Shown in pieces: positions 1-7,832 of a DNA stretch of 64,000 nucleotides. The DNA is from Thermoproteota archaeon (GTDB lineage Archaea > Thermoproteota > EX4484-205 > JAAOZP01). The position numbers and the translations under genes were made by a program. The DNA lies in the NCBI GenBank assembly GCA_038850115.1, contig JAWCMB010000002.1, forward strand, positions 4,385 to 68,384. Direction: 5' to 3'. Every line of letters begins with the position of its first letter. Position 1 is the stretch's first letter. The notes under the pieces are model-generated. The model was not told the origin of the DNA, searched no databases, and saw nothing but the letters and a program-made list of their open reading frames with translations.

Positions 1-216
1 CGGGTGCCTCGGAGTGTGCTTCGGACTCCTAACGCTCTTTATGTCCAGGAAACGAGCGTATTCTCTGGTAAAGCTCCCCTTTCTCCCGGAGACCCTTGTC
101 TTCTCAGCGTTAACCACGTACACCCTGTATCCTTCAAGAAGCCTCTTAGCTACGATTGAACACATCCTGCCAAGAACCTGATCAGTAGCATCCACCACAA
201 GAACCCTTTCAGACAA
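1..216 (-). CDS. rpl13: 50S ribosomal protein L13 (uL13), N-terminal part, truncated by window edge
   Basis: Minus-strand translation (TTG)SERVLVVDATDQVLGRMCSIVAKRLLEGYRVYVVNAEKTRVSG matches the uL13 N-terminus. The TTG at 214-216 overlaps the rpl18e stop. Position after rpl18e is the conserved one. Confidence 0.75.
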   Translation of the reverse strand, partial: MSERVLVVDATDQVLGRMCSIVAKRLLEGYRVYVVNAEKTRVSGRKGSFTREYARFLDIKSVRSPKHTPRHP

Positions 217-553
217 TTATCTTCACCCTTGAACCCTTCTTCTCCAGCCTGGCGAACTCGTCGAGCCGCATAACCGTGCATCCAGCCGACCTAAGCTTAG
301 CAAGCGCGGCTGAGGAGAATGAAAGAGCCGCAACCGTGACACCGTGGCTTATCTCCCCCTTTCCGAGAACCTTTCCCGGGACCACCACGCGGTCCCCCTG
401 CTCCGTTAAACGAGCTATCTTACCCACGTTAACCTCAGCCATCCTGCCCCGTGGCCTAGATAAAAGCCTCTCAACGCTCCTCCAGAACCTGGAGCTGCCT
501 GCCTCCTCCCTAACGGACAGCGACACTCTCCTCGCCGCCATGCTTCTCTTCAA
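209..553 (-). CDS. rpl18e: 50S ribosomal protein L18e
   Basis: 114-aa ORF with VNVGKIARL...VVVPGKVLGKGEI...AALSFSSAA pattern typical of L18e. Lies between rpoD and rpl13. Confidence 0.85.
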   Translation of the reverse strand: MKRSMAARRVSLSVREEAGSSRFWRSVERLLSRPRGRMAEVNVGKIARLTEQGDRVVVPGKVLGKGEISHGVTVAALSFSSAALAKLRSAGCTVMRLDEFARLEKKGSRVKIIV

Positions 554-1181
554 CCTCAGGGAGCGTGACAGACTCCAGAAGCGTTTTAAACTTATCTCTC
601 AGAATAGAGAGGGCCTGCCTGAAAACCTCTATTGCAGGCAGGGAACCGGTGGATTCAAGCCTGAAAACGAAGGTGCCCGGGGAATCTGTGAAGGCGTAGG
701 TAGCCAAGGAGGCAGGTTGCCATTTAGCGTGCATCCTACCCCTGCCCAGCCTGGCTACTGCTTCAAGCCTAAGCTTCCCGCCGGCGGGAAGCCTAGTTAT
801 AGGAATGTTCCCGTAGACCGGGTAAACCTCCTCATCCCTGCAAACAAGGTCCTTAGAGTAGACTGTGATGGGAGAATCTCCCGCGGAAACATCTAGGCTG
901 AGGGAAGTGAAGCATCTCTCGTTAGAACCCTCCAGACACTCCTGGGAATCCATCGGCAGGTATTTGCCAGCCGGGGTTCTCAGGGGTATTAGGCTAAGCC
1001 TGTTTGAAAGAGCCTCATCGAACATTGGGCTGGAATTCTCGAAGATGAAGACCTCGTGAATAGCTAGTGTCGGAACCTCTTCAAGAATGACTCTTCTTAT
1101 GGCGTTTACAAGGGCCTCTGAGCAGCCCTCCAGCCTAGCCTCCAGATAGTCGTCGCTCAGCCTAAGTATCTTTATATCCAA
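510..1181 (-). CDS. rpoD: DNA-directed RNA polymerase subunit D (Rpo3)
   Basis: 223 aa. N-terminus (TTG)DIKILRLSDDYLEARLEG..ALVNAIRRVILEEVPTLAI...NRLSLIPL is the RpoD/Rpb3 signature. TTG start at 1179-1181. Confidence 0.9.
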   Translation of the reverse strand: MDIKILRLSDDYLEARLEGCSEALVNAIRRVILEEVPTLAIHEVFIFENSSPMFDEALSNRLSLIPLRTPAGKYLPMDSQECLEGSNERCFTSLSLDVSAGDSPITVYSKDLVCRDEEVYPVYGNIPITRLPAGGKLRLEAVARLGRGRMHAKWQPASLATYAFTDSPGTFVFRLESTGSLPAIEVFRQALSILRDKFKTLLESVTLPEVEEKHGGEESVAVR

Positions 1182-1298
1182 TATTAACGTGCTATTTCCC
1201 TGAGAAGGTATTTAAGGGTTAGTATCGTGGAATCAACAGGCCTTGCTTAACCCGGAGGCTAGGGAACGCTTATTAACCTCTTTAAACAGGAGGGCTGC
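1182..1298. promoter_or_regulatory. Divergent promoter region between rpoD (minus) and inverted rps11 (plus)
   Basis: TATA-like TTAAATA (revcomp of 1209-1217) lies about 27 nt upstream of the rpoD TTG. TTATTAA (1270-1277) and CTTTAAA (1280-1286) plus GGAGGG (1288-1294) lie upstream of the rps11 GTG. Confidence 0.4.
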
Positions 1299-1694
1299 GT
1301 GAGCAGCGAACCCGAGAAATACGCGGTTGTACGAATATACTCCTCCGGCAACAATACTATAGTGCACGCTACAGACCCGAGCGGCTCCTCAACCCTCGCA
1401 ATATCCGCGGCAGGACAACATGTTAAGGCTGACAGGCTTGGTGGAAGCCCGTACGGTGCGATGGTGGCTGCGAACACTGTGGCGGGGGCCTTGAAGAAGC
1501 TTGGGATAACAAGCATAAAGGTGAAGGTGAGAGCACCCGGGGGAATAAAGTCTAGGACTCCTGGGCAGGGGGCGCAGGCAGCCATAAGAGCCTTGACTAG
1601 GGCTGGGCTGAGGATAATAGCTATCGAGGACATTACGCCGATTCCTACTGACGGAACTAGGAAGCCTGGTGGCAGAAGAGGAAGAAGATTCTAG
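1299..1694 (+). CDS. rps11: 30S ribosomal protein S11 (uS11), encoded on the opposite strand to its neighbours
   Basis: 131 aa. [19 protein letters not shown]...[34 protein letters not shown] is an unambiguous uS11. GTG start. Confidence 0.9.
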   Translation: MSSEPEKYAVVRIYSSGNNTIVHATDPSGSSTLAISAAGQHVKADRLGGSPYGAMVAANTVAGALKKLGITSIKVKVRAPGGIKSRTPGQGAQAAIRALTRAGLRIIAIEDITPIPTDGTRKPGGRRGRRF

Positions 1695-1695
1695 C

Positions 1696-2187
1696 CTAGG
1701 CTGCCTTCGTCTCTCCGGCTGTTTTAACCCTTATGAGAGGCTCCTCGTCTTTCATAACGAAGTATCCTGGAGACCTTACAACCTGGTCCCCTATCATGAT
1801 ATTGCCGTGCACTATCGCCTGCCTAGCGCCATGCATGGTCTTTGCTAAACCCTTTCTGCAGACTATTGTCTGAAGCCTCCTTTCAAGAATGTTTGAAATA
1901 GTTAGTGAAAGAACATCGTCCAGCTTAGCATCCTCGCCGACGAGGCCCAGCCTTTGAAGCCTTGAAATCAGCTCAGACTCCCTCTTAACTCTCTCCTCAC
2001 CCGTGAGGCTTAAGTAGGAGCGGGCTGAAGCCCTCACCCCCCTAAGGAAGGAGGCGGCTCTCCACAGCTCCCTCTTGTTTCTCAAACCGTATTCCCCGAC
2101 CAGGACCAGTTCCTCCGCCAGTCGCTCCTTAACCCACGGATGCTTTGGATGCAGGATCTTGCTCCTAATCTTGCGCGGGTCACCCAT
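1696..2187 (-). CDS. rps4: 30S ribosomal protein S4 (uS4)
   Basis: 163 aa. MGDPRKIRSK...YGLRNKRELWRA... with an S4 RNA-binding C-terminal domain. Confidence 0.9.
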   Translation of the reverse strand: MGDPRKIRSKILHPKHPWVKERLAEELVLVGEYGLRNKRELWRAASFLRGVRASARSYLSLTGEERVKRESELISRLQRLGLVGEDAKLDDVLSLTISNILERRLQTIVCRKGLAKTMHGARQAIVHGNIMIGDQVVRSPGYFVMKDEEPLIRVKTAGETKAA

Positions 2188-2196
2188 ATCTAATCA

Positions 2197-2697
2197 CTAT
2201 TTGCTGCTCTCAGCCTGCTTCGCCGCAGCCTTTGAAAAACCTACGGGGCCGCCTGTCCTTCCTGTTGTCCTAGTCCTCTGACCCCTAACCTTCAAGCCTA
2301 GCGAATGCCTAACGCCTTTCCAAGACTTGATCCTCATCATCCTCTCAACATCCATCTTCTGAGTCAGCTCCAGGTCAGACGTCAACAGATGCTTATCCTC
2401 ACCCGTCAGAGGATCCCTTCTCCTGTTGAGCATCCAAACAGGCATGTCTAGAGACCCAGGATTGTTCAGCGCAGCCTCTATTCTCGCAACCTCCTCCTCA
2501 GACAAGTAGCCCAGCCTAGTGTCCATAGGTATGTTTAGAGCTATGCACAGCGCTCTGGCTGTAGACCACCCTATGCCTTTAACCAGCGATAGACCGTCCA
2601 ATACTTTCCTCTTCCCGTCGCAATCCACGCCGGCGATCCTTACTATCTCCTTAAACTCCCTGTTGCTCATAAGCAGGCCTAACGGGGCTTTGGACAA
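2197..2697 (-). CDS. rps13: 30S ribosomal protein S13 (uS13)
   Basis: EFKEIVRIAGVDCDGKRKV..GLSLVKGIGWSTARAL motif. The ORF-track start is TTG 2697; an alternative ATG at 2670 (MSNREFKEIV) is also plausible. Confidence 0.9.
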   Translation of the reverse strand: MSKAPLGLLMSNREFKEIVRIAGVDCDGKRKVLDGLSLVKGIGWSTARALCIALNIPMDTRLGYLSEEEVARIEAALNNPGSLDMPVWMLNRRRDPLTGEDKHLLTSDLELTQKMDVERMMRIKSWKGVRHSLGLKVRGQRTRTTGRTGGPVGFSKAAAKQAESSK

Positions 2698-3247
2698 GGC
2701 TGGTTATAAACATTATTTTTAAAAAAGCCGAGTAGAGGTGTTTAAAAACCGGCGGGACGACTGCCAGCGTATGGGAAACAGGGTTTAATCCTCCGGCTGT
2801 TGAAGCCTGTAGAACCTGCTCAACGATTCCAACGGGTTCCTGGCCTCTAAACGCACATTCGGCCGCGCGCATAAAAACCCTTCTTCCGGTGTACTTAATA
2901 CCCTAGATTCGTCCTTCGCCTAACGCTGTCATCGTTGCAGCAATATCCTCTCAAAATGCCGTCGCAACCTGGTTAACAGAAGCAGTAATAAGGACAGACA
3001 CTCCTCAACAATCCTCCTAAACATACGTTCAAGTGTTTTCCACACTTGTGTTAGGTGAGCCACGCCATTGCAGAGCATGTATCGATGCTTAGGCCTTGGC
3101 CCGTCATCTTGACAGAATCTTCTGCAAGCATCCTCCGAACCTCCGGAGGAGCATGCGCAATAGTTTAGCATCCAACCACAAGCCACTACAGCCAGCAGAC
3201 CCTCCACACAGTAGTTTGTCAGACACAAATAAAAATATAAATAGTTA

Positions 3248-3352
3248 CGCCGAGGAGGGGATTTGAACCCCTAAGACCCTGATGGGTCACAAGCTTTCTG
3301 AAGATTTTGTCTTCTCCAGGCTTGCCCCTTGGCCAGATTCGGGCACCTCGGC
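3248..3352 (-). tRNA. tRNA-Ser(GGA), class II, with 18-nt canonical-position intron (3296-3313)
   Basis: Hand fold: acceptor GCCGAGG/CCTCGGC, 3-bp D stem, anticodon stem CAAGC/GCTTG, loop CU-GGA-G|intron|A, variable-arm hairpin GACCC-ATCA-GGGTC, T arm AGGGG-TTCAAAT-CCCCT. The intron forms a full hBHBh' motif (central helix CTGG/TCAG, bulges AG|A and AA|A, inner AGA/TCT). Confidence 0.85.
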
Positions 3353-3456
3353 AATCAGAGAATGCTTGCAGAGGGATGTTTTTAAGTTTTAGGAAAAAGT
3401 TGTTCGCCAGAAACGCTGAACACTGGAATGGGGGACGAGCAGGTTTAGCAGTCTTC

Positions 3457-4453
3457 TTAGCCACCCCACATCTTCGGGTAGAGGCCCCTATCCATCACAA
3501 CCCTTTCTACGGAAACCACTATCCCGCTCTTGGCTTGGAGAGCCTCGTCTGAACTCATGGTGAGGGTTCCGAAGCCTACGCATTCTCCCTTCAAGGTTTT
3601 TATGCATACTACGTCGCCCTTGGAAAGCGGGTGATCTATTTTCGAAACCCCTTTGGAGGCGAGTGGAGCGCCGTGGGCAACCGCCGCGACCGCGCTGTCC
3701 TTAATGTAGATTGAGGGGAAGCCTTTGAAAGCGTCTTCAACAGGCTTAACGAGCTTTCTGAGAAGAGTCTCATCGCTCTTCTCATAGAGCTGCCAGGCCG
3801 CGTAGAGTTCGAGGAGGGTTGTTGAAGAATCCTCGTTGAGAAAACCGTCCCTAACCCTTCTGAGCTCAACCATGTGCGCGCCAGTACCCAACAGGAGACC
3901 CAGGTCGTGGAGAAGCTTCCTAACATATGTGCCCGGCTCGGTGACAACTCTGAAAACAAACCTCCTGTCTGAAACATCTTCCACCGTAAACTTTAGAACA
4001 ATCCTCCGCCGCAGCGATCTCTTAACAGACGATTTAACCGGGGGCCGCTGGTATATTGGGCCAGTCATTTTCTCAACCCATCTTCGCAAAGCCTTCTCGT
4101 CGAAACCCCCGTGGATCTCGCATACTCCGACATACTCTTTACTCATCATGTGAAGGTACTCTATTGTTTTAGTAGCGTCGTTAAGGCAAACGGGTAGAAC
4201 ACCGGAGACGCCGGGATCTCCCCATTGCTTCAAGGGTCCCGGCGTGTCCAGCCTTCCCAGCGTTGAGAATCCTCTTAACTGTTGAAGACACGTCGTGGCT
4301 CGAGGGCCCAGGCGGCTTATCCAGGTTCACAACCCCCAGCTGCAGAAGCCTCGAGATGCTCCTCTTATCCGGGTGCTCCCCGTACTTCTCGTCGGTTTCA
4401 CACTCCTCCTTGACAAGCGTCCGGAACCTCACGAAGTCAACCAGCGTCCTCAA
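3457..4453 (-). CDS. cbf5: tRNA/rRNA pseudouridine synthase Cbf5 (TruB family + PUA), reading frame interrupted by a 13-nt intron-like element at 4218-4230
   Basis: Track ORFs 4181..4453 (..VVNLDKPPGPSSHDV..KAGHAGTL) and 3457..4233 (..DPGVSGVLPVCL..PUA) are the two halves of Cbf5. Joining 4231 to 4217 restores GHAGTLDPGVSGVLPV and gives 327 aa. N-terminal start (TTG 4453) is uncertain. Confidence 0.8.
4218..4230 (-). other. Putative 13-nt bulge-helix-loop (BHB-type) mRNA intron in cbf5
   Basis: mRNA ACGCCGGGA-CCCU-UG|AAGCAAU-GGGG-AG|A-UCCCGGCGU. It has a 9-bp outer helix, a 4-bp central helix CCCU/GGGG, a 3-nt bulge AGA, and both cuts 2 nt 3' of the central-helix strands. The predicted junction CTT G|AT CCC is in frame. 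Confidence 0.6.
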
Positions 4454-4730
4454 CCCTCATTATCTCCCTCATGAATTCTTTCAAGCCGCTTTTCTCTATT
4501 GCCGCCATAACAGTCTCATCCTTAGAGTTAACCCTTATCCTAACGGTTTCAGCAAGAGGCGTGAGGTGGAGGATGTTCTTCCTACCCCTCTTAACTCCGT
4601 TCAACTCCTTCGGCCCTGTTACGAGAACACTCGTATCGTCAACGCTGCCAACCACCACGCATTTCTTCCCCCTGTCCCTGCCGCGGGTTACCACGCATAT
4701 TCTTCCTGGGCGCAACACTTCCCTAGGCAT
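4437..4730 (-). CDS. rpl14e: 50S ribosomal protein L14e
   Basis: 97 aa. GRICVVTRGRDRGKKCVVV...VLVTGPKELNGVKRGR.N..HL.P matches the L14e KOW pattern. Lies in the cmk-rpl14e-cbf5 context. Confidence 0.85.
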   Translation of the reverse strand: MPREVLRPGRICVVTRGRDRGKKCVVVGSVDDTSVLVTGPKELNGVKRGRKNILHLTPLAETVRIRVNSKDETVMAAIEKSGLKEFMREIMRVEDAG

Positions 4731-4736
4731 TTCCCC

Positions 4737-5300
4737 TCACCATTTCTCCTTTAAGTAGGCTGAGACAGCCAACTTAAGTATTCTACTCAAAGATCCTCGG
4801 GATAGGCTTCCGGTGTCGAGAACCATATCATAGATGCTTAAATCATCTATGTTGAACCCATAGTATTCCATAAACCTTTTTCTTTCAGAATCCTCCCTCG
4901 TAGCCGTCTCCGAAACTATTTCTTCAATCGGCCTGTTCTCTCTCGCAGCAATCCTTCTGCACCTAACTTCGAAAGGTGCTTTCAAATATATTTTAAAGGA
5001 TTCAACGTCTCTGGCGAACCATCCTGCGAGGAGGCTGTCTAAGACTACTCCGCCAGAGTCAAGCAGGGAAAGAGTTACGCTGTCTATCTCCCTGTCGAAC
5101 TCGGATGATTCCTTGCAGATTTCCGAAAGCTGAGACAGCGTAAGCCCTTTTTTCTCAGCTATTGAACGGAATACGGAGCCTGTTGAAACATATTTGAGGT
5201 TAAACTCTCTTGCAAGCGGGACCGCGTACGTTGATTTCCCAACCCCATGCATGCCAGTTATTATTATTATTGGGTTCATTGGTCTTTTCAACTTGATCAC
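4737..5300 (-). CDS. cmk: Cytidylate kinase, archaeal type
   Basis: 187 aa. P-loop ITGMHGVGKST with ...RIAARENRP...ET..RE.SE..RF..YYG.NIDD typical of archaeal Cmk. Confidence 0.8.
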   Translation of the reverse strand: MIKLKRPMNPIIIITGMHGVGKSTYAVPLAREFNLKYVSTGSVFRSIAEKKGLTLSQLSEICKESSEFDREIDSVTLSLLDSGGVVLDSLLAGWFARDVESFKIYLKAPFEVRCRRIAARENRPIEEIVSETATREDSERKRFMEYYGFNIDDLSIYDMVLDTGSLSRGSLSRILKLAVSAYLKEKW

Positions 5301-5301
5301 C

Positions 5302-5754
5302 TCAGCTGCTTACCTCCAATGCTTTCCTGAAGACCTGCATGAAAAAGGAGAGGCATATGAAGTACCAGAAGCCATAATTCAACTGTATCTCCCCACCGCC
5401 ACCGTAAAGCGATGCTGGAAAACAACCGGCAACATCTCCCATCGGTATAGTAAACCAGAGGAGGTAGAATGTTGAAAACATTACGCCCATGTTTATAAGC
5501 ATTGTTTTAAGCTGGAACGAAGAAACCTCCTGTTCAACCTGAGACATGTAGACCTTCTGCTTATCAAGCTTCTTGAGAAGCTTCTGATCTTTAAGCCTGG
5601 TCGCGGCAGCACGCTCCATTCTGAAGGATTTCAGCATTTCAGTTTTCTCCCTAACCCGTTCAGGATGAAGAATAAGCCTCGTTATTAGGAGGCTGAGAAA
5701 CGACGAGGCTGCTGAAACCAGCGCCACCATAATAACCCCGCTAGCGGCAGGCAA
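5302..5754 (-). CDS. DUF106/EMC3-like membrane protein (archaeal YidC/Oxa1-like insertase candidate)
   Basis: 150 aa with a TM helix, a charged coiled-coil hairpin (KLLKKLDKQKVYMSQVEQE) and further TM helices. Sits immediately downstream of secY, as DUF106 genes usually do. Confidence 0.55.
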   Translation of the reverse strand: MPAASGVIMVALVSAASSFLSLLITRLILHPERVREKTEMLKSFRMERAAATRLKDQKLLKKLDKQKVYMSQVEQEVSSFQLKTMLINMGVMFSTFYLLWFTIPMGDVAGCFPASLYGGGGEIQLNYGFWYFICLSFFMQVFRKALEVSS

Positions 5755-5866
5755 TCCGACCAGCCTCCATGGCGAATAAGTGTTTCAAACCGTTTAGCGA
5801 GCACGGTTCAACCGTACGTGTCATGCTTAATCTCCAGGATTCTGCACATTAGATAAATTTTTCTGG

Positions 5867-7273
5867 CTACTTGCCCAGTATCCTCATCAAGCCTGGGTAC
5901 GTTTCAACAGTCTCCTCCATAATCAACTGGTAATACTGCTGCACTATGTCCACAGCCAGCAGAACACCCATTCCCCCGCCTATGACGGCAAGCACGTCCC
6001 CCACGCCAGCGATAAGCCCGATTGCCATACCCCCCAGTAGTGCAACCGTTTTAATGTAGGGGGCTATCTTACTCTCTATTACTCCAGGGGTAGACCTGAA
6101 GCCTCTCAGAAAAACGTCTGAGTCGACAAGCTGAGTGGATACTGAACGAGCATCCATGCCTGAAACCGAAAGCCAAACCATCGATAGGCCGAGGCTGCAC
6201 AGGGTAAGTATTAATATGTAGCCTATTGCGCGAAGGGGCTCGTTGACAGCCTGCACGACACCCCTGGGAGGAGTCACCAGCCAAGCTAATCCTGAGACAG
6301 GCACGTAGGAGCCGTTGACCACACTAACCCTCCCTATGAAATCCACTATAGGAGTGTTCGCCAGCGGGGTTCCGCTCAGAACATTAGCCATCATCATTAT
6401 GTTTGTGAAGATGGCTGCAGTCAATATTACAGGAATATTTGAAACATACAGGAGTTTAATCGGGAACCCTCTTGAAAAGCCTCTGAAACGGCCGTGGGAG
6501 ATGGGAACGTTAACCCTCACGTTCTCAAGGTAGATGATCATAAGTATGAACAGCACGGTTACGACGAGTTGGAAGAGCGTTGGAAGAGCTTGGCCACCCC
6601 TGTAGAAAAAGTCGACCAGAGGACTCTGAAGGGAGAAAGCCTTCTGGAAGAAGAAGAGTAGCACGCCCCACATGTAGCCGTCGGGCGCCGGCAGAGGGCT
6701 TAGGCAGGCCCACCATATTTCCTTAGCTACACCAGCCAGTATGAAAAGGCTTATCCCGCTTCCGAGGCCCCAGCCCTTTTGAAGCGTCTCATCCATGAAA
6801 AGCAGGAGGATGGAGGCTGCTGAAAGCTGTGCCACCGCTATTGTTTCAGCCTTTAAATCAAGCGACCCTAGGGAGCCGGAGAAAACGGTAGCCGCTGCTG
6901 AGAAAAGAATCAGCATTACTGTTGCGAGCTTCGTCGCAACCTGCATCATCCTCCTGTCGTATTCTGAGCCCGGGTCAAACCTGATTAAACCCGACCCTGC
7001 TAGAAGCTGAACAACTAGGCTGCCTGTTACAAGAGGGCCGATGCCAAGGTGGAGGAGGGAACCCTGCTGTCCGCCTATTATGATCCTCATCGTTGCCCAC
7101 ATGTCAGCCCCTCCGGCTGCAACCCCGTAGAGGGGAATATAGCCCATCACAAGGTAGACTGCGAGAATTAACCCTGTCCAAACCAGTCTGACTGTGAAGC
7201 TAACCTTCCTAGTCGGCGGCTCTACCTGGGGAATATACGGCTCAAGGCCCTCCATGGCTTCCAGAAAGCCCAT
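5867..7273 (-). CDS. secY: Preprotein translocase subunit SecY
   Basis: 468-aa polytopic protein. ...RIIIGGQQGSLLHLGIGPLVTGSLVVQLL... in the conserved rpl15-secY position. Confidence 0.95.
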   Translation of the reverse strand: MGFLEAMEGLEPYIPQVEPPTRKVSFTVRLVWTGLILAVYLVMGYIPLYGVAAGGADMWATMRIIIGGQQGSLLHLGIGPLVTGSLVVQLLAGSGLIRFDPGSEYDRRMMQVATKLATVMLILFSAAATVFSGSLGSLDLKAETIAVAQLSAASILLLFMDETLQKGWGLGSGISLFILAGVAKEIWWACLSPLPAPDGYMWGVLLFFFQKAFSLQSPLVDFFYRGGQALPTLFQLVVTVLFILMIIYLENVRVNVPISHGRFRGFSRGFPIKLLYVSNIPVILTAAIFTNIMMMANVLSGTPLANTPIVDFIGRVSVVNGSYVPVSGLAWLVTPPRGVVQAVNEPLRAIGYILILTLCSLGLSMVWLSVSGMDARSVSTQLVDSDVFLRGFRSTPGVIESKIAPYIKTVALLGGMAIGLIAGVGDVLAVIGGGMGVLLAVDIVQQYYQLIMEETVETYPGLMRILGK

Positions 7274-7692
7274 CAGGGTTCACCCGGCTTAACTACCTTA
7301 CCTCCCTTAGCCTCTATCTTAAACCTAGCCTTCTCGCTCCAACTAGCCACTTTAACAACGTAAGCTGTTGAAACATCTCCTGAGCCGAGAAGCTTACAGT
7401 AGCCTAGCGCAGAGAGATCCAGCGTTTTCCCGCCCTCCGCGGCTTGCACACCCGTCTTCCTGAAGAGCGCGTCAAGCTCCCCAACGTTTATCGTTTTTCC
7501 TTCAATCTTTGGAACCCTCCTTACGAAGCCTTTCTCCTTCTCCTCCCCGTAGAACGTTAGAAACTTGTGGCCCATGCTTCCAGCCCTACCAACCCCGCCT
7601 CTCCCCCCTGATTTACGGTGCTGGCCAACTTGGCCCCAGCCGTGGGTCCTGCTGCCCCGCATCTTTCTCACTTTTCTCAACCTGGTCGGCAA
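7273..7692 (-). CDS. rpl15: 50S ribosomal protein L15 (uL15)
   Basis: (TTG)PTRLRKVRKMRGSRTHGWGQVGQHRKSGGRGG. The TTG start is the only start codon between the upstream stop and the conserved K.RK.RGSR motif. Confidence 0.9.
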   Translation of the reverse strand: MPTRLRKVRKMRGSRTHGWGQVGQHRKSGGRGGVGRAGSMGHKFLTFYGEEKEKGFVRRVPKIEGKTINVGELDALFRKTGVQAAEGGKTLDLSALGYCKLLGSGDVSTAYVVKVASWSEKARFKIEAKGGKVVKPGEP

Positions 7693-7832
7693 TTTCTCGG
7701 CGAGATGAGCATCCTGGACTTTTTAACCCTTACCGTCAGGCTTAACGCAAGCCTAAACCGGTTTTCCAACCTCAGCCGGCAATCCTCCATTTTTTAGCGT
7801 GTGCGAGCCACCCTAGGCTGAATCCGTTTCAG

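Noticed and set aside
276-896. 206-aa plus-strand ORF, and many similar long ORFs antisense to ribosomal-protein, secY, por, ABCE1, leuA and argH genes.
   Set aside because: These are shadow ORFs opposite strongly supported conserved genes. They have low-complexity S/P/L/R-rich translations and no recognisable families.
1259-1633. 124-aa minus-strand ORF that would keep the strand of the cluster uniform.
   Set aside because: The plus-strand frame encodes an unmistakable uS11. The minus-strand translation has no r-protein features.
2740-2880. SRP (7S) RNA or RNase P RNA in the rps13-tRNA-Ser gap.
   Set aside because: A partial resemblance (AGGCCAGGAAC...GAGCAGG) to SRP helix 8 is too weak. 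There are no CR-I (GAGGAAAGUCC) or CR-V strings for RNase P, and the segment lengths do not fit. Kept only as an unassigned ncRNA candidate.
3219-3552. Track ORFs 3219..3464(-) and 3307..3552(+).
   Set aside because: They overlap tRNA-Ser(GGA) and the cbf5 3' end, and their translations are nonsense-like.
4181-4453. cbf5 as a frameshifted pseudogene or as two separately translated polypeptides.
   Set aside because: Not excluded, but disfavoured. The insert is exactly the segment predicted by the BHB/BHL cleavage ruler, and both halves are otherwise intact. Splitting GTL|DP would destroy the catalytic motif.
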